Shown: positions 1-14,200 of the stretch, in pieces
Numbering within the stretch: the stretch's first letter is position 1
Layout: the number at the start of each line of letters is the position of its first letter
Assembly (NCBI RefSeq): GCF_964355755.1
Contig: NC_092672.1
Span: 34,850,437 to 34,914,436, forward strand
Direction of reading: 5' to 3'
Source: Antedon mediterranea
Lineage: Eukaryota; Animalia; Echinodermata
DNA: 64,000 nucleotides
Program-made: the position numbers and the translations under genes
Notes under the pieces: model-generated
What the model was told of the DNA's origin: nothing
The model's database searches: none
The model's input: only the letters and a program-made list of their open reading frames with translations

Positions 1-2043
1 CGAATGAAACGCAACCACAGATAGTAGCAGAAGGAGATACACCACAACGATCTAATAATGATGCTGCAGGTAACTACGCTGCTTTGGTCGTTGTCACCAG
101 TAAGGAAATGACAGAGACACCAAATGTAAATATGAATAACAACATCTGTAGATCTACTGACATAGTCACTATAGAACCGGATCATACAGTTAAATTTGGT
201 GCCATTGGTACAACTGATCTGGTTACCAGAGAGCAGGAAAATGTAGTTCCGTTGGATACCATTGGTGGTACAACTGACGTGGTTACCAGAGAACCGGAGC
301 ATACAGTTACATCTGGTGCCATTAGTACAACTGATGCGGTGACCAGAGAACCGAAGCATGGAGTTGTACTGGATGCCATTGGTGATACAACTGACGTGGT
401 TATCAGAGAACCGGAGCATACAGTTGCATCTGGTGACATTAGTACAACTGATGCGGTGACCAGAGAACCGAAGCATGGAGTTGTACTGGATGCCATTGGT
501 GCTACAACTGACGTGGTTGTCAGAGAACCGGAGCATGCAGTTGCATTTGAAGACTATTCTCCACAATCCATTGATAACACTTCCGAGATTCTGCAAGCGA
601 CTGGAAACACGACTGACGTTTCAACAAGGTAATCATTTGTGCTGTTATATTTATATACAAATTCCAGATAACTTTGAGAGACAGTTTTTTGTATAGGTCT
701 AGTTATATATTATTTGAATTCGTTTTCTAAATACTGTATAGACATTTGTTAAAACCCCTGACATGTACAGTCAGACTTTTTCTATAAAAAGTATTTGTTT
801 GCGCTTAGATTGACGTGTTGAACCTAAAACAGTTGGAGTGAAATTTAATGATTAACAATTTTGTATGAAAAAAAAAATACAAAAAGCAGTAACTTCGATG
901 TATTATGTCAAATATAAACCGTGTCAAACACATTAATTTAGCAAACGTGATCATTATGTATATAAAATGTTGTTTTCTTCACATAGTTTTGCGCCAACCG
1001 TCACATCAGCACACGACTCAGTCTCATCAGCGTCAATCAAGGAGAAGGGAGTGACGGAAGTCGGGGATGACAACTCTCTCGGGAATGACACGCCTACGAT
1101 TGCCAGCACGAATAAGGAAACACATGCCAATCATACACCGATGGAACAAGACAGTGAAGATGCTAGTAATTTAAATACACAAGAAGTTAGTTCAAGTGGT
1201 AGGCCTACTGAGGTTAACAAGACCCTAAGGACCGAGGAAACACATATTGAGGAGGAAACAAGTGATAGTTTATGTAATGATGAACCAAGTTCAAACATGA
1301 CTGTAGATAATACAGATAGTAGTGATAACTATGAAGATGACAGTAAAAACGTAATTGCTCCCGATTCGAAAAATGAGGGACCGACAGAAAATGAACGACC
1401 GATAGAAAATAAAGGACCGACGGAAAGTGACGAGAGGATGATGATAGATAACGAAAATGAAATATCACCAGAGGGAGAACTAAATACAATAAAAGAAAAT
1501 GAACAAAATGAAAATGCATTCGAAGAAAATGACGTCAGTCAAAATATAGAACGACTTGCAGAAGAAAATGACGTCATGCAAATATCAGAGCGTCATACGG
1601 AAGAAAACGACGTCAGTCAAAATACAGAACGACTTGCTGAAGAAAATTACGTCACGCAAAATAATGCAGAACGACTTGCTGAAGAAAATGACGTCACGCA
1701 AATATCAGAACGACTTACAGAAGAAAATGACGTCAGTCAAAATAATACAGAAGAACGACTTACAGAAGAAAATGACGTCATTCAAAATACAGAAAGACTT
1801 GTAGAAAAAAATGACGTCACGCAAATAGAGCGGCTCACAGATGAAAATGATGTGAGTCAAAACACAGAACGACTTACAGAAGAAAATGACGTCAGGCAAG
1901 ATACGGAACGAGAAGAAAATGACGTCAGTCAAGATACAGAACGACTTAGAGAAGAAAACGAGAGTGCTCCTGCGATTGCAGATCATTTTGAAACTGGAAA
2001 AGACGACCCCGACGATAGCCAGAAGATTGATATCATTATTTAA
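1..2043 (+). CDS. 3' part of a low-complexity, acidic, tandem-repeat protein (exons <1-628 and 987-2043); function unknown
   Basis: Frame open from base 3 to donor AG|gtaatc (628/629). Acceptor ttcacatag| at 986 restores frame (phase 2, AG+T=Ser) into ORF 967-2043. Contains 20-aa repeats (TTDxVTREPEHxVxxxAI) and ~13-15-aa repeats (ERLxEENDVxQNx). Confidence 0.65.
150..545 (+). repeat. Coding 60-bp tandem repeat with alternating A/B units (120-bp higher-order unit)
   Basis: Recurrent 'acaactga..gtg....cagagaaccg.agcat' every 60 bp; 301-420 is nearly identical to 421-540. Confidence 0.85.
1520..1960 (+). repeat. Coding ~39-45 bp tandem repeat (EENDVxQNxERL)
   Basis: About 11 copies of 'gaagaaaatgacgtca...gaacgactt'. 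Confidence 0.85.
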
Positions 2044-3308
2044 TGAAATCAAGAAATTTACAAATTAAACAATCTTTAAGGAGGAGAATGGCAAACGAGG
2101 CATGAACTGACAACCAAAATGAACCGCCAACGAAATGATTCAGTCACCACGCGTCATAAAACACAAAAAAAGTGGTGTTACACAGTAAAATTTAAAAAAT
2201 AAAATTAAATATTTCTAACGATGATGAAAACTCAGGAGAACAAGATAATTTGTAAATATTTAATTGCCTGTACATATTTTTGTAAAGATATATATATATA
2301 TATATATCTAGTGTGTAAATAAATAGTATTTACATTATTTAAGTGCACTGTGTGTGTAAAAAATAAGGGGAGTCCCCCGCGTGATTGATGGTAATTTAAG
2401 AACAAAGACAATATTACTTAATACACACGGTCAGTATTAACAACTCTTGTCAATATTTATTTTAATTACATTTAAAAAAAACATTAATATACTGTATCTC
2501 AACATGTTAAAATACGGACTATGGAGTGTATATAACCAGGAAGTGATGATTGAATATCATTGTACTTTATACCTGAAATAAAACTGTTTTAATAATTTCA
2601 TTTTGGATCTAATTTCCAAAATAAAACAAATCAAAGAATGTATCGTGATGCCAAAGCTGTGATGCTGATTAAGATTTTTTAAATTATGATTTTATATCAA
2701 GGCCGAAAAATGTTTTTTTATTACCACTATGCTACAGGATTTATACCAAAATGACCCTTAAAACCCTTTCTTGCAATTAGTTTGATCTAAGTGGGCCGGC
2801 AGTTGACTAATTATGATACACAATTCTGAATTGCACCAATCATATAAACAAAACACTATTTAAGTAATAGCAAACATTGTATGATCAATTGTATTATTTT
2901 AGCGGCCACTTTGAACACATGAAAAATTATCTAATTGATTTAATATTTAAATTTATACTATCAAAATTAGTGGACTATACTAATTCTAAAGATTTTTGGA
3001 AAAGATTTTATATTTATATTACAAAATTATGATATATTGATAAAAATACAATGATGTCTAAATACAATAAGCGACTTACATTACATCACACACCAAATCT
3101 ATACTATGTACAAATATATTAATGGTAAACACACACACATATTACAGTAAATATTAATATAATATAAATATTCGGTCATATAATATACAGCTATGTTCAA
3201 ATATACAGAAATAGAGAAACAAAATAAATTACTTTATAACGCAGGTATTAAGTTTTAAAAAACCGTTTTAAAGGTTTTATTTCTATTTTATAATCTTGAT
3301 TTTGTTAA

Positions 3309-3440
3309 AGCTTTGTCTACAAACTAGTTTGACAAAAAAAGTGTGATGTGTCTAAATATGATAGTGATATGACATCATCAAGTCCATTATTATGGGTACA
3401 TCACATTTTTTTTTGTCACATTGCTAGTGTAGACAGAGCT
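3309..3440. mobile_element. MITE family A copy (degenerate)
   Basis: Ends agctttgtctac.../...gtagacagagct; internal 'gtgatgtg...atatg.tagtgatat' shared with the other copies. Confidence 0.75.
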
Positions 3441-4463
3441 TTAGAGTTTCTAAAACTTCAAAATCAATTCATGGTTTACTTTATATGTGGACATTTATGG
3501 GGAGAAATTGTTAGAGTATGTCTTAGACTGAGATTGTGATGTTTTCCCTTTTCGACACTCAACCAAAAAGAAAAACGCCCAAAATCAATCTGTATTCTGA
3601 GGTTTAATATTAGTAATCAAATTCCAAAACACTGAAAAATATTCAGATGAGATCGAATAGACTATTGTAGCTTTGTTTATATACTTATAAGGTATTAGAC
3701 TGTTAACCTGTTTAGTACTGTAAACAAACCAATTGTACACGTATTGGAAATCTGACTTGAAATGCTAATTTCAAGTGCTATCTAATGGTTGCCAGGTTTA
3801 CATAACAAATTATACAAATAGTTTCCAAGGGCAAGTACACCAATGTTTAGTTTCTAAGTTTGCTCTCTGACGGTTTACAACAATCATGAATTGTTTAAGC
3901 ATTTTAGTGTTTGTTTACATGGCAACGGATCTGTTAGTTACATCATACTCCATGGTTACATGAAAACTAAAGTAAAATACATTGAAATTGACCTCACTGG
4001 ACATTGACTCGCCATAAATTGGACCATCGCAAATTCTTTTCTTTTATTGAAATTAATTCTAAATCTTTCAGTTATGGGTCTACACCAATCTAGGTTGTAA
4101 GCAGTGATTTGGCTTGTTATTCATAAGAATAACTTTTTGGCACACATGGCGTGTCATAACTAAGCTTGAGCTGGAATCTAGTTCTGTAAAAAAAAGTCCC
4201 ACTGGAAAAAAAAACACTAACAAGAACTTTTTAATACAAGCACTTCTGGCTTGTTTAGGTATTGCATAAAATGGGTGTTATGGACGGAGTTTGGTCATAT
4301 AATATATATGTATAAAATTCACATTAAGATTCTACAAGTTTTTATAATGATGCCATATTTATAAATAGGTTTAGAAAAGAATTTTTGTCAAAAAATAAAA
4401 TTTGATCTTTTAGGATATTGCATTATATCAAGGTTAATATTTGTTTAGATTATACTCTAGATA

Positions 4464-4637
4464 CAGGGTTCTCAACAGGCGGCCAAGGGGTCAAATCCGG
4501 CCTGCATGTGTATTTTATGTAGGTTAAACAAATAAAGGTTAAACGAGGGACTTTGACCCGACCTGATAATAAGATGCTTCGATCGCTAAATTCTAGTGAG
4601 AATATTTCTCACATGAGACGACTGTTGAGAACCCATG
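4464..4637. mobile_element. Short hAT(Charlie)-like MITE remnant
   Basis: Imperfect TIR cagggttctcaac / gttgagaacccatg; flanks ctctagat / atctaaat resemble the NTCTAGAN target of Charlie elements. Confidence 0.45.
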
Positions 4638-4683
4638 ATCTAAATGGTAAAAACAATACCTATCCCTGAGGTCAATCAACATG

Positions 4684-5196
4684 CAGTAGAATCTCCCCTT
4701 TGCAACTTTGAAAACCGAAAACTCTCCTAATACCAGACTTTTCTGTCCGAACAGTCCCAAATTAATTTTTAATGGTAAAAATGCATTCGGAATACCAGAC
4801 TTTCCGGAAAACCAGACATATTTGGCCAGCCCACGTAAATCTCTGAAAGATACGTGAAAGATAGCCAAACTACTTCCTAAATATAACTAAACCCAACCGT
4901 CTAAATAATCTCTCTCACTATAAACTAAAAAGAAGTTGGTCATAGGATACGAACCCCATACATCGACATGCAAATCCATAGTCTAATCCATTCGACTACA
5001 CGACGGAAAGCGTATTAAAAAGTTCATTCAGAGGGCGAGCGCAGACCAGATAAAACATGATGCATATTCATAATAATGCTCCCTAAAATGGGACGCCTTC
5101 TCTAGGATTTTCAGAGAAAGTCCTTGGGAAAAATATTTTCGCGGCCAGCCCAATGACCACCTAGTCAAGGACAGGCTCCAAAGGGGATTCTACTGT
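4684..5196. mobile_element. Non-autonomous Tc1/mariner-pogo-like element carrying an internal tRNA-like segment
   Basis: TIR cagtagaatc(t)cccctttg / caaaggggattctactg, followed by TA. Minus-strand A-box (tagtcgaatgg) and B-box (ggttcgtatcc) at ~4945-5005. Confidence 0.65.
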
Positions 5197-5286
5197 ATCT
5201 AAAACTATTTCCCAAATATTTGATATTGTTTACTCCACATGCACATTCTAAATGGAATGCTTAGAAAGTATTAAAACCTATCCAAC

Positions 5287-8200
5287 TTAAATTCCAAGTG
5301 GTCTGGGTCCAGGAGGCTGTGGCGCTGGCAACCCAGATGCTATGCCTCTATTTGCAGACTTCCTTGGTAATGCGTTACTCGACAAAGAGCGCCCCTTTGA
5401 GTTGAATGCTGATTGCACATCTTGTCTACGACCAGTGACGTCCTATGGCAATATGTGACATTTTGAAAAAAAAAAAAAAAATTATTTTGTTTTATTAGAA
5501 GTTATGCTTAATATTTTTACTAACTAATTGTAATATTTTCAAAATTTAAAAAAGCACTTACCTTACTATTAAGGTCAATAGTTTGTTGTGAAGATACTTG
5601 CATCGTCTCAATCTCATTTGACTGTGACCGTGACCTACGACCTGAGTTAGAAATTAAATTAGGCATTTCAGTTTGCCGTAAACTACTATCCCTGCTTTCT
5701 CGCGGTGTAAAGGGCGGAGTAGGTGGTGTTTGCCGTGCCTGGGGTTCCCAGCCTACCTCCCATGATGTGTTGGCTCGCGGTGATATGTTGGACCTTGGGG
5801 AGTTGTCTTGGGAGCTTGATGGCCTGGACATTCCAGACTTCTGCTGATTCATCTTAGGCTGTAGACGTGGTGAGGATGGTTGCAGAGGGCTGGATATTCC
5901 ACTGAGGACTCTTCCTCCAAGACCTCCTATAAAAAAGTATTTTTCTTATAAATTCAATTTCTTGCTAGACCTACAACATACATAAAAATATAGTTCATCT
6001 ACAGACATTAAACTAATTTTTCCCTTGTTCCCTTACCATTAATAGGCTCAATACCACTTGACTTCACTGGGCCTATAGCTAACCCGCCCTCACTGGATGA
6101 GCGTTTCTTTTTCTTCTTTTTTCCACTTTTAGCTGGCTTTACCACTGGCTGGCCATCGAGCGGTAACAGTTGGCGTTGTGCTAGCGGTTGTATTTTGGCT
6201 GGCATGAGTGGTGCACTAGGCGGAGGGAGCGGTGAGCCACTCGATATCAGGGTTCTAGGACTAGGTGTAGGCTTAACTTCAGTCGATTCCATCTACGAAT
6301 AAAAAATATTTATTTATATTGATTTTAGCTAAGAAATTTACTAGGACAAACGTTGTTTTAACTTTATGTATAATATTCTAACCTAAAACATAAAACCCAA
6401 AATGAACAAAGTTCATGCAAAGTAACATAAAAAATCATTAATATTGTTATCATAGTTGCATTAAATATAAACTCACATGCATTTGGTTAGATGGTTGTAC
6501 TTGATGAGGGGATACCAATGAAGAATGTGTGACTGATGGCATAGCATGTGATAATGGTGAAATTGAATGTGGAGCTGGTGGCATCTGGTGAGATGCTGAT
6601 GGTATCACATGTGGAGGTGATGGCACCACATGTGGAGATGTTGACATCTGCTGTGATTGGACATCTGGTTGGTTCATGTTCTGTGATGGTAGAAGTCTGA
6701 CAGGTGATATTGATGGGGGGTATGGTGGTTGAACTTGTATTGCTGGCGTCATGCGTGCATGCACTATTTGACTGCCTGCCATGGGCTTTAATAAAAATAA
6801 GAGATTTTGTGTGTTATTCTGAGAAATACATTATCACACACTATTAAAGTTTCAGTGGCTAAGACCAACCATTCCAGAGCTCTTTCTTTCCTAATACTGG
6901 CAGAGATTGGAATACCCTCCTATACTACACAACTGCGACCAAAACCTTTTTCAATCTCTAATTTTGACTAGCTCTCCACTCTTCAACCTCTTTCTACACA
7001 TTGAGTGATGAGAGTTTTTCAATTACACAATCAAGATATTAATTATAACTTCTTGTGGCATCCAAACTGAACTTGAGTTTTGAAACTTGCAATGTCAATC
7101 GCCAGTTATTAGAATGGTTTACGTAAATGTAAACTTTACCTCTAAAGACCTTTCGGCATCATCATATACAACCTCTTCTTCTATATCCGATACAACCATT
7201 TCAACTTCTATACTGCGGTCAGACATATCACTGTTGTAACTGTCGGAATGCGGGTTGCCATTTGATAGCTCTTTGATAACAGAAGCAAGAAGATAATAAA
7301 TATATAGGTACTGTAGTGTTACTGCGTCAATCAACATTTATTTCGACTGATTTAAAGTATTACACTATGTTTATATACTATATATATAGTCATATCAAGA
7401 AGTACAATAGTACTTGTCATGAAATGACCCTATAAATGTGGGAAACCGGAAGTACCGATAGGGGATCTATACTGTAACCATTCGGGGGTGACGGACATGC
7501 GCGGTAGAATAATTTAGACCGGAGTATATATAGCGGCCCGCACGTGGGTACAGGTGGTGCATATCCATCGTGGCTGAGTAGAAGCAGTTACTATACCATG
7601 TAAATTGTCAGTTATTCGTTTTCAGGTACATTGTAATACTATATCACGGTAATGAATAGTAGTATTGTATTAAACGTGTTATTTATGCTCATATATGTAA
7701 TTGTAATTGATGGTAGAATGACTCGCCGATACACAGTGTGCGAGTTCGGATTACAATATGGCGACCAATACAGTGGTTGTATGTAGTTGTGAATAGTATT
7801 ATGTTAAGAATCTGGTTTACATGTTTATTAATAGATTGGGCTGAATGGAGATGAAGGTTTAGTAAAGATGTGATGCACCATTCCAAAATTAACATCGTTT
7901 AATCCAGGTATAGATGTGGTTATCACTTGTTATATATATAATTGATAATAATGTAACACTAATGTGATGTGTATGTATTGTACTAAAGATAACGTAATGA
8001 GTATAACAATGGTTTGTAATTGTTCGAATGTGGATTATTATGTATGTTTGTTTGTTGTATTTATAGGGGTTTTTTTTCCAAGAGATGGCCGATTGTGGCT
8101 GATACTGTAGTTTATGCGATAAATGCCTGTGAATATGAATGTGAATAAATGAAATACTGATGGAAATCAATGCTGCCTTTATATGATTGTGTCCGACTGA

Positions 8201-11200
8201 TCTCGAACTACCACATAAACAAACAAACATTTTTTATGTAGACATTAATGCCTTCCATAGACATGGGCCAGAGACTGTGGAATAAGAATTGGTGAAAAGT
8301 ATTAATAGGTAAAACCATTTTGAATTACCTTTACGGAACGCTGCATCTTCATCTTCATTTGCTGACGTATGAAATTCACGGTCATCCTTAAAAATATAAA
8401 TGTAATGAAGTTATATTGTATGTGCCAAATGTATATTGTAGGAGTAATCAGCTGCCAAGCATGGTGTAAAAATGAAAAAAAAGTCTGCCTAGAATTATGC
8501 TGCCTTCATAGGGTACTAGTGCCTCTGCATTGCTTGGGTATATAACTTGCAGTTTGGCCTCATAAGAGAATGTCTAGCTAATTATAATTTGAGTTGTATA
8601 AAAATTAAGATGTTATTTGCACCAAAGGCAAACATTTTCTTGCACCGGGTCGCTCATAAAAAATTATTTTAAAAATTATTTTGATATTGAAAATGTTTGT
8701 AGTTGGTCGCTTTCTTGTAGATGCTTTAATTGTAGAATGTAATTATTTTGTTTATATCTGTGCACTGTTCTGGGTTGACCACCTAGCATACAGAAGGTGT
8801 TTAGCACCTATTTAGTCTTTCCTAGCCTTTTATATTTCTTTGTGTCTTTTTCTTTGTATTGTAATCTATATATAAATTTACGTAAGGGCAAAATTTGGTA
8901 AATCGCGCGTTATTTCTAGAATGTTTACTCGATGGTATATAAAGTTGGTTCGTACTTTCGGTACTGATTTTAACCACCAGATGTAACCCTGTTTACTAAT
9001 TAAATTGAGTTCGATAATTAGTTATTGACGATTAAAACGAATTTAGGTTCAACGATTTGCCCCAAATAGGGGTGTTTTTCGATCGCGGTATACACTGTCT
9101 AATGGATGTCCGTCTTGAAAAATACCCGCAGACAATAATACGAGGAGGCTTCGCATTTTCCTATCTCCTCCTACGATAATTGTTTTTAATGGCTGAAAAC
9201 CGGTTTAACAGCTCGAGTACAGCATCATAATGTTGAAGATTTAAAAAAAAAAATACTATTTTGATTTATTTAATTAAGATTTAATATACGTTTATACAAA
9301 TGTATTGATTTGCGATGAATGGAACATTCCAATCTCTGTTCCACAAGTGTCTATTCCCTCAGGCGTCGTAAAGGCAAGTACTGTATACTCATAACAGAAA
9401 TTCGATCCATTTTTTTTTCAACCAACCCAACCATTTCAATCTGTGCTGCAGAGGTTGGATATACATTTTTCGCGCCGCAGCTCTAGCCAGCTATGTCCCA
9501 GGAGGACACATTCATTAATAAGCTGTTTCAAAGCGGTAGCTTTAGTATCTAAGGCTGACAGTTTTGTGAATTTGGAAACTCGACTATAATTTATAGGTAG
9601 CTGCTGGACCCAAAAAACGTCTGGGAGAAGAGAGTCTATATGAAAGCCTTTGCTGATAATACAGTATTATTGAGATGTAGACGGAAATCTGTAAAATCTT
9701 GTTCAATAAATAATAACTTCGTTTTTGCTGTCAACCAGGCCGGTATTATAATAAGTCACTGTCAAACAATCATTCGATAATGGTCAAAACTTTATTTTGG
9801 CTCTGTCAACATAAAGGGAGGTATTTACAATGACTTTCTTTTGACTTTCAATCTAGGCCAATGTTATAATAATACGCCGTCAGATATTAAATCATTGAAA
9901 CAGTCCATGGTAAATTTTGTTTTGGTTATCAGATGCCGTGGGGGGCCCAATCAATTATCGTCAGAAGGTGAACAATCAGTCTAGGTAGCAGCAGCAGATT
10001 ATTAGGAACGCCTGCTCCATTAATTAATCCAGAAAAAGGTTTGTACATTATCTATTTGTTTATTAGCCTTCTCCTAACACAATTATATTTTCTTTAAAAA
10101 AAGGTTTTATAAGTGGTTTCAACATTTATGATAGTAATGTCACAGTTCTGTGTCTGGACGCAAGTTCATAGACCTACTAGTTATATTATTCAAATTAACT
10201 GATACTTACTCTTCATTTACCGTAAAGTTCAGTTTTAATGAAATATATAATATAAATTGGCTTCGTAACAAGGTTAGTTTTTTGGTGATAGGTGAAAATG
10301 ACATGTAACTTCGTAATCAATTTTTTTTTTTGTATAAAGGCCCAATTACACTATGACGATAACGACGGACGATAAAGATATAGCATGCATTTTTTTTACA
10401 TAAACCAAAAGAAATTAGAAAGGTTTTCGTTCTAGACCTATAGGATAATCATTTATGCTGTCTTTGATAAAATTAATGTTTTTCAAATTCCAATCAAATG
10501 ACGTCAGTGAGTGAATGGCCGAGCGGTTAAGACAGTGGAACCGTAATCACGTAGCCATAACATCGGCAGGGGTTCGAGGCTCACTCACTCCATGGTTCTG
10601 GTGGTAGAACGAGTCTTCTCGGATAAGGACTATAAACCGTAGGTCCAGTGTACACATCTAGCTCGTGTGCACTTTAAAGAACCTAGTACATCTTTCGAGA
10701 CGAGTAGGGGGTTACCCCGGTGTATTAGTACATCACAGCCACTGATCACCAACTGGGCCCTCTGGGAGACCAGTCTTTGACTGAAGAGGTTACCCAGTAT
10801 AAATATATATTTCAATTCAATTCATGATAAATAAAAACAATAAAATCGCTGTATTGTCACGATATTATTGGTCTTACTAATCATGACGTCATTTGATTGG
10901 CCGTGTGAAAATATAATTTTCATCAAAGGAATTGTTTATATTTCTTTTGGTTTATGTATTAAAAATGCACATTTGTCTATTTATCGTCGATCGTTATCGT
11001 CCTAGTGTATGGGCCTTATGTTGTAAATGTTCAATTAATTGATCATTCCGATTTTATTAGTTGGACTCTTGCACAGTTGCTGTCTAATCGTTGTTGTGTA
11101 ATATCATTTCGAACCATATTAAAATCATACAGAGATTCATATTCCTTAACATGTGGCTGTGCATGGAAGTCCGGTCTACAAAAACTCGGGCCCGGGATCA

Positions 11201-14200
11201 TTGTTATTGGGCCTGAAAGTGTTGGTGAATTCATAATTATACTTAATATTATATATAATTATATTATTATACAATTGAAAGCAAAACCCGTTGAATCTCA
11301 AATCATTAGGACTAGAAATTTGTCTTATCAATCAAATAAATACTTTCGTTCAAAATGAAACTCCAACCTCTCTAATCAACAGATTGAACTGGAAAACGGA
11401 CCGTTTTTTTTAATTGGGTATGTTGAAACATTTCAATATTCATTTAAAAAAGTACATTAATTGTGGTATTGATCAGTGGCTATAGAGACGTAAAAACCCT
11501 CGGTCAATATCATGTAAAATGCACTGTGGAAGGGTCATTATTAAGACTGCAAAATTGGGCTTATCAACAAATAAATACTTTCGTTCAAAATGTAAAATCA
11601 AGGCTGAAAAATTGGGCTTATCAACAACAAAATATTTTATTATTAGACGCGATAACATCAAGGATAATCAGTATAATTATTAATATAGCCACTGTTACTA
11701 GTTTTATTCTACATGCTAAAGTAAATAAAAATCCACTAGAAAACAAACAAGTCTGAATGTTATGCTTATTAGCCATGTTTTGTTTGTTACTGTAGGCCTA
11801 TGATTGTTTACAATGTTCACATATTATTTCCGTGGGCATATCCATAGTGTATCACTCACAAAAAAGATGTGTGAGGTTCTTTCTTTAGATTTTGAAGAAT
11901 GATTTGTGTTACAGGTTGACACATGAGTCAAATGCTCAAGATATCGGTTAACGCCATGGGACCCTTGGCTTATCAATGAATAATAAATACAGTACTACTT
12001 TCGTTCAATTGAAATCGGAATCTGACCGTTTCATTAAATTGGGTGTGATTAGGCCTAAACATATAATAATTTATTAAAAAGGTACAATAAAAACAAATGC
12101 ATCAGAGGTGTAAAGAACCCACGGTCAATATCATGTAAAATTTATATGGTATAAGCACTGTGGAAGGGGTCATTATTATTAAACTGGAAATTCGGCTTAT
12201 CAACAAATAAATACTTTCGTTTAAAATGTAAAATAAGACTGCACAATTGGGCTTATCAACAAATAAAATACTTTTTTTTCAAAATGTAAAATTAAGACTG
12301 GAAAATTGGGCTTATAAACAAATAAATACTTTTTTTTAAAATGTAAGAAAACATTTTTTAAATATAATCCTTAAGCTCTGTCTATACTATCAAACTAAAT
12401 ATGATGTGCCCATATTATATAGACATGACGATGTCCACTACGATATTCGGGCATATCACTACCATATTTGGGCACATCACACTTTTTTTGTTAAACTAGT
12501 TGGGACAGTGTAGACACAGAACTATGTGATTGAAACATAAGTCGGAATTGGACTGACGCGATTGATTTAATTGGGTATTTGTATTAATGTAATGATTAAT
12601 TAAAAACTATAATACCGATAAGCGTTTGGTATTGATCAATGGTGCAAAAAACCCTGAGAAATAATGGTATAACGCGATTTGGTGATAGCTTAGCAATAAT
12701 ACAACCCATATACTATTATTATAAATACCTATTACAAATCCATTCATATAACTTTTCATCGCGAACCGAAAATGTATAAATGTTATTCTACAGACAGTAA
12801 TTATATATTCAAAAGCCATATTATTATTATTATCAATACCTAAATGCGATAGTAATAACCACATAAACATAAATTATTCCCAATACAAGTTTGTGCGTTT
12901 AATTCTAGAAAGAAACGACTGTGCTGACAGGCCAATGACATAAATCACAAGTAAAGTCCCAATTGTTCACTTGCGTTTTGATTTAGGGCGCGTTTATACA
13001 ACACGCTATTACACGCATATTCTACACGCCTACGAGAAGTGTGTTGTATAACAATGAAGACTGTTCTTACAACTGTCCAGTCAAAAAGTTACGCGGCGTT
13101 TTTTGTAAGAAATATTTCTTGTTTAAACAGATAATGAGCTAGCGCTTTCACTCGCCGTATATTATGTACACATCTTTATTATTGCAGTTAAACCACCCAC
13201 ATCACCACCCTTCCCTCACTGGCATGAGTAGCGTTGTAAAACCAGTAGAGGATGGGCCTACGGTACATCACATGCCCTAACTAAACGCAGAACAACTTTG
13301 GAGGGTAGGGTAGGAACCAACTTAAGTATGAATTGGCTCTAAGAAACAATTGAAAACCATTATGCCTACTAATTAAGTTGAGTTAGATAATTTAATATTT
13401 ATTGACCATTAAATCGAATTTATGATTTTGCCCGAATAGAGGTGGTTTTCACAAATTGTTTTAAATTATATAAACATATACACGTCGTAGTGATGTATCG
13501 TTACATGTACTATACTATTTCAATCGACGGTGATAGTTTCAACAAAGTATTAAATCGCAATGTTTTATACAATTAATATTTTGTTATCTAAATGGATAAA
13601 GAATATATTTAAAAATTGTTCTTCTTTGCACCCATCCTCTTCCCCATCCCTCAACCCTAATGTTACATACAAAACACAAATTAAGTTTGTTTAAATTTGA
13701 CTTAAACAATGTGTCTCATTTTGTGACAAGTTTCTCTTTCGGAAGTAATTCCCAGGGTGCTAATTTTAGTTGAGTACATAAATCAGTGTCTATTTATTCG
13801 TTCCTGTAAACGACATGTATTATTGTCCTGCGGTACGTACATTTGAAATCGCCAGTTCTTTAACGCTGAAATTATTATGTATTCGAGAACCATCTGTGGG
13901 CACGACCTAGCGAGCGTACCATCCAGTATGGCAAAAATTAAATAAATAAAAAACGCATTTCTACATGTCAAAAAGTGAAGGCACATGATTCTGAAAATAA
14001 ATGTATTCTACTAAAATACTTACAACTCCCATACCAGCATCACTTCTTCTATGAGTGTTCTCCTCCTCATCATTCTGATGTAAATTAAACTCATCATCCA
14101 TCTCAATAGGAGGGGCAGATGGGGTCTCTGATGAGTCTAGTTGATGGTCATCACCTTCGCCAACTATATGAGGTTCACCAAGGCTTGGTCTAGGTGGGGG

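Larger units (their letters stand above)
8865..13926 (+). mobile_element. Non-autonomous Helitron, expanded copy (~5.1 kb) with nested insertions
   Basis: 5' A|TCTATATATAAATTTACGTAAGGGC; 8865-9360 and 13480-13926 are reverse-complement matches to the two ends of 23081-24257; 3' end ...gcgtaccatCCAG|T. Confidence 0.75.

Noticed and set aside
10507-10592. tRNA gene
   Set aside because: Anticodon arm is non-canonical, the sequence runs into a SINE body and tail, and a second dispersed copy exists.
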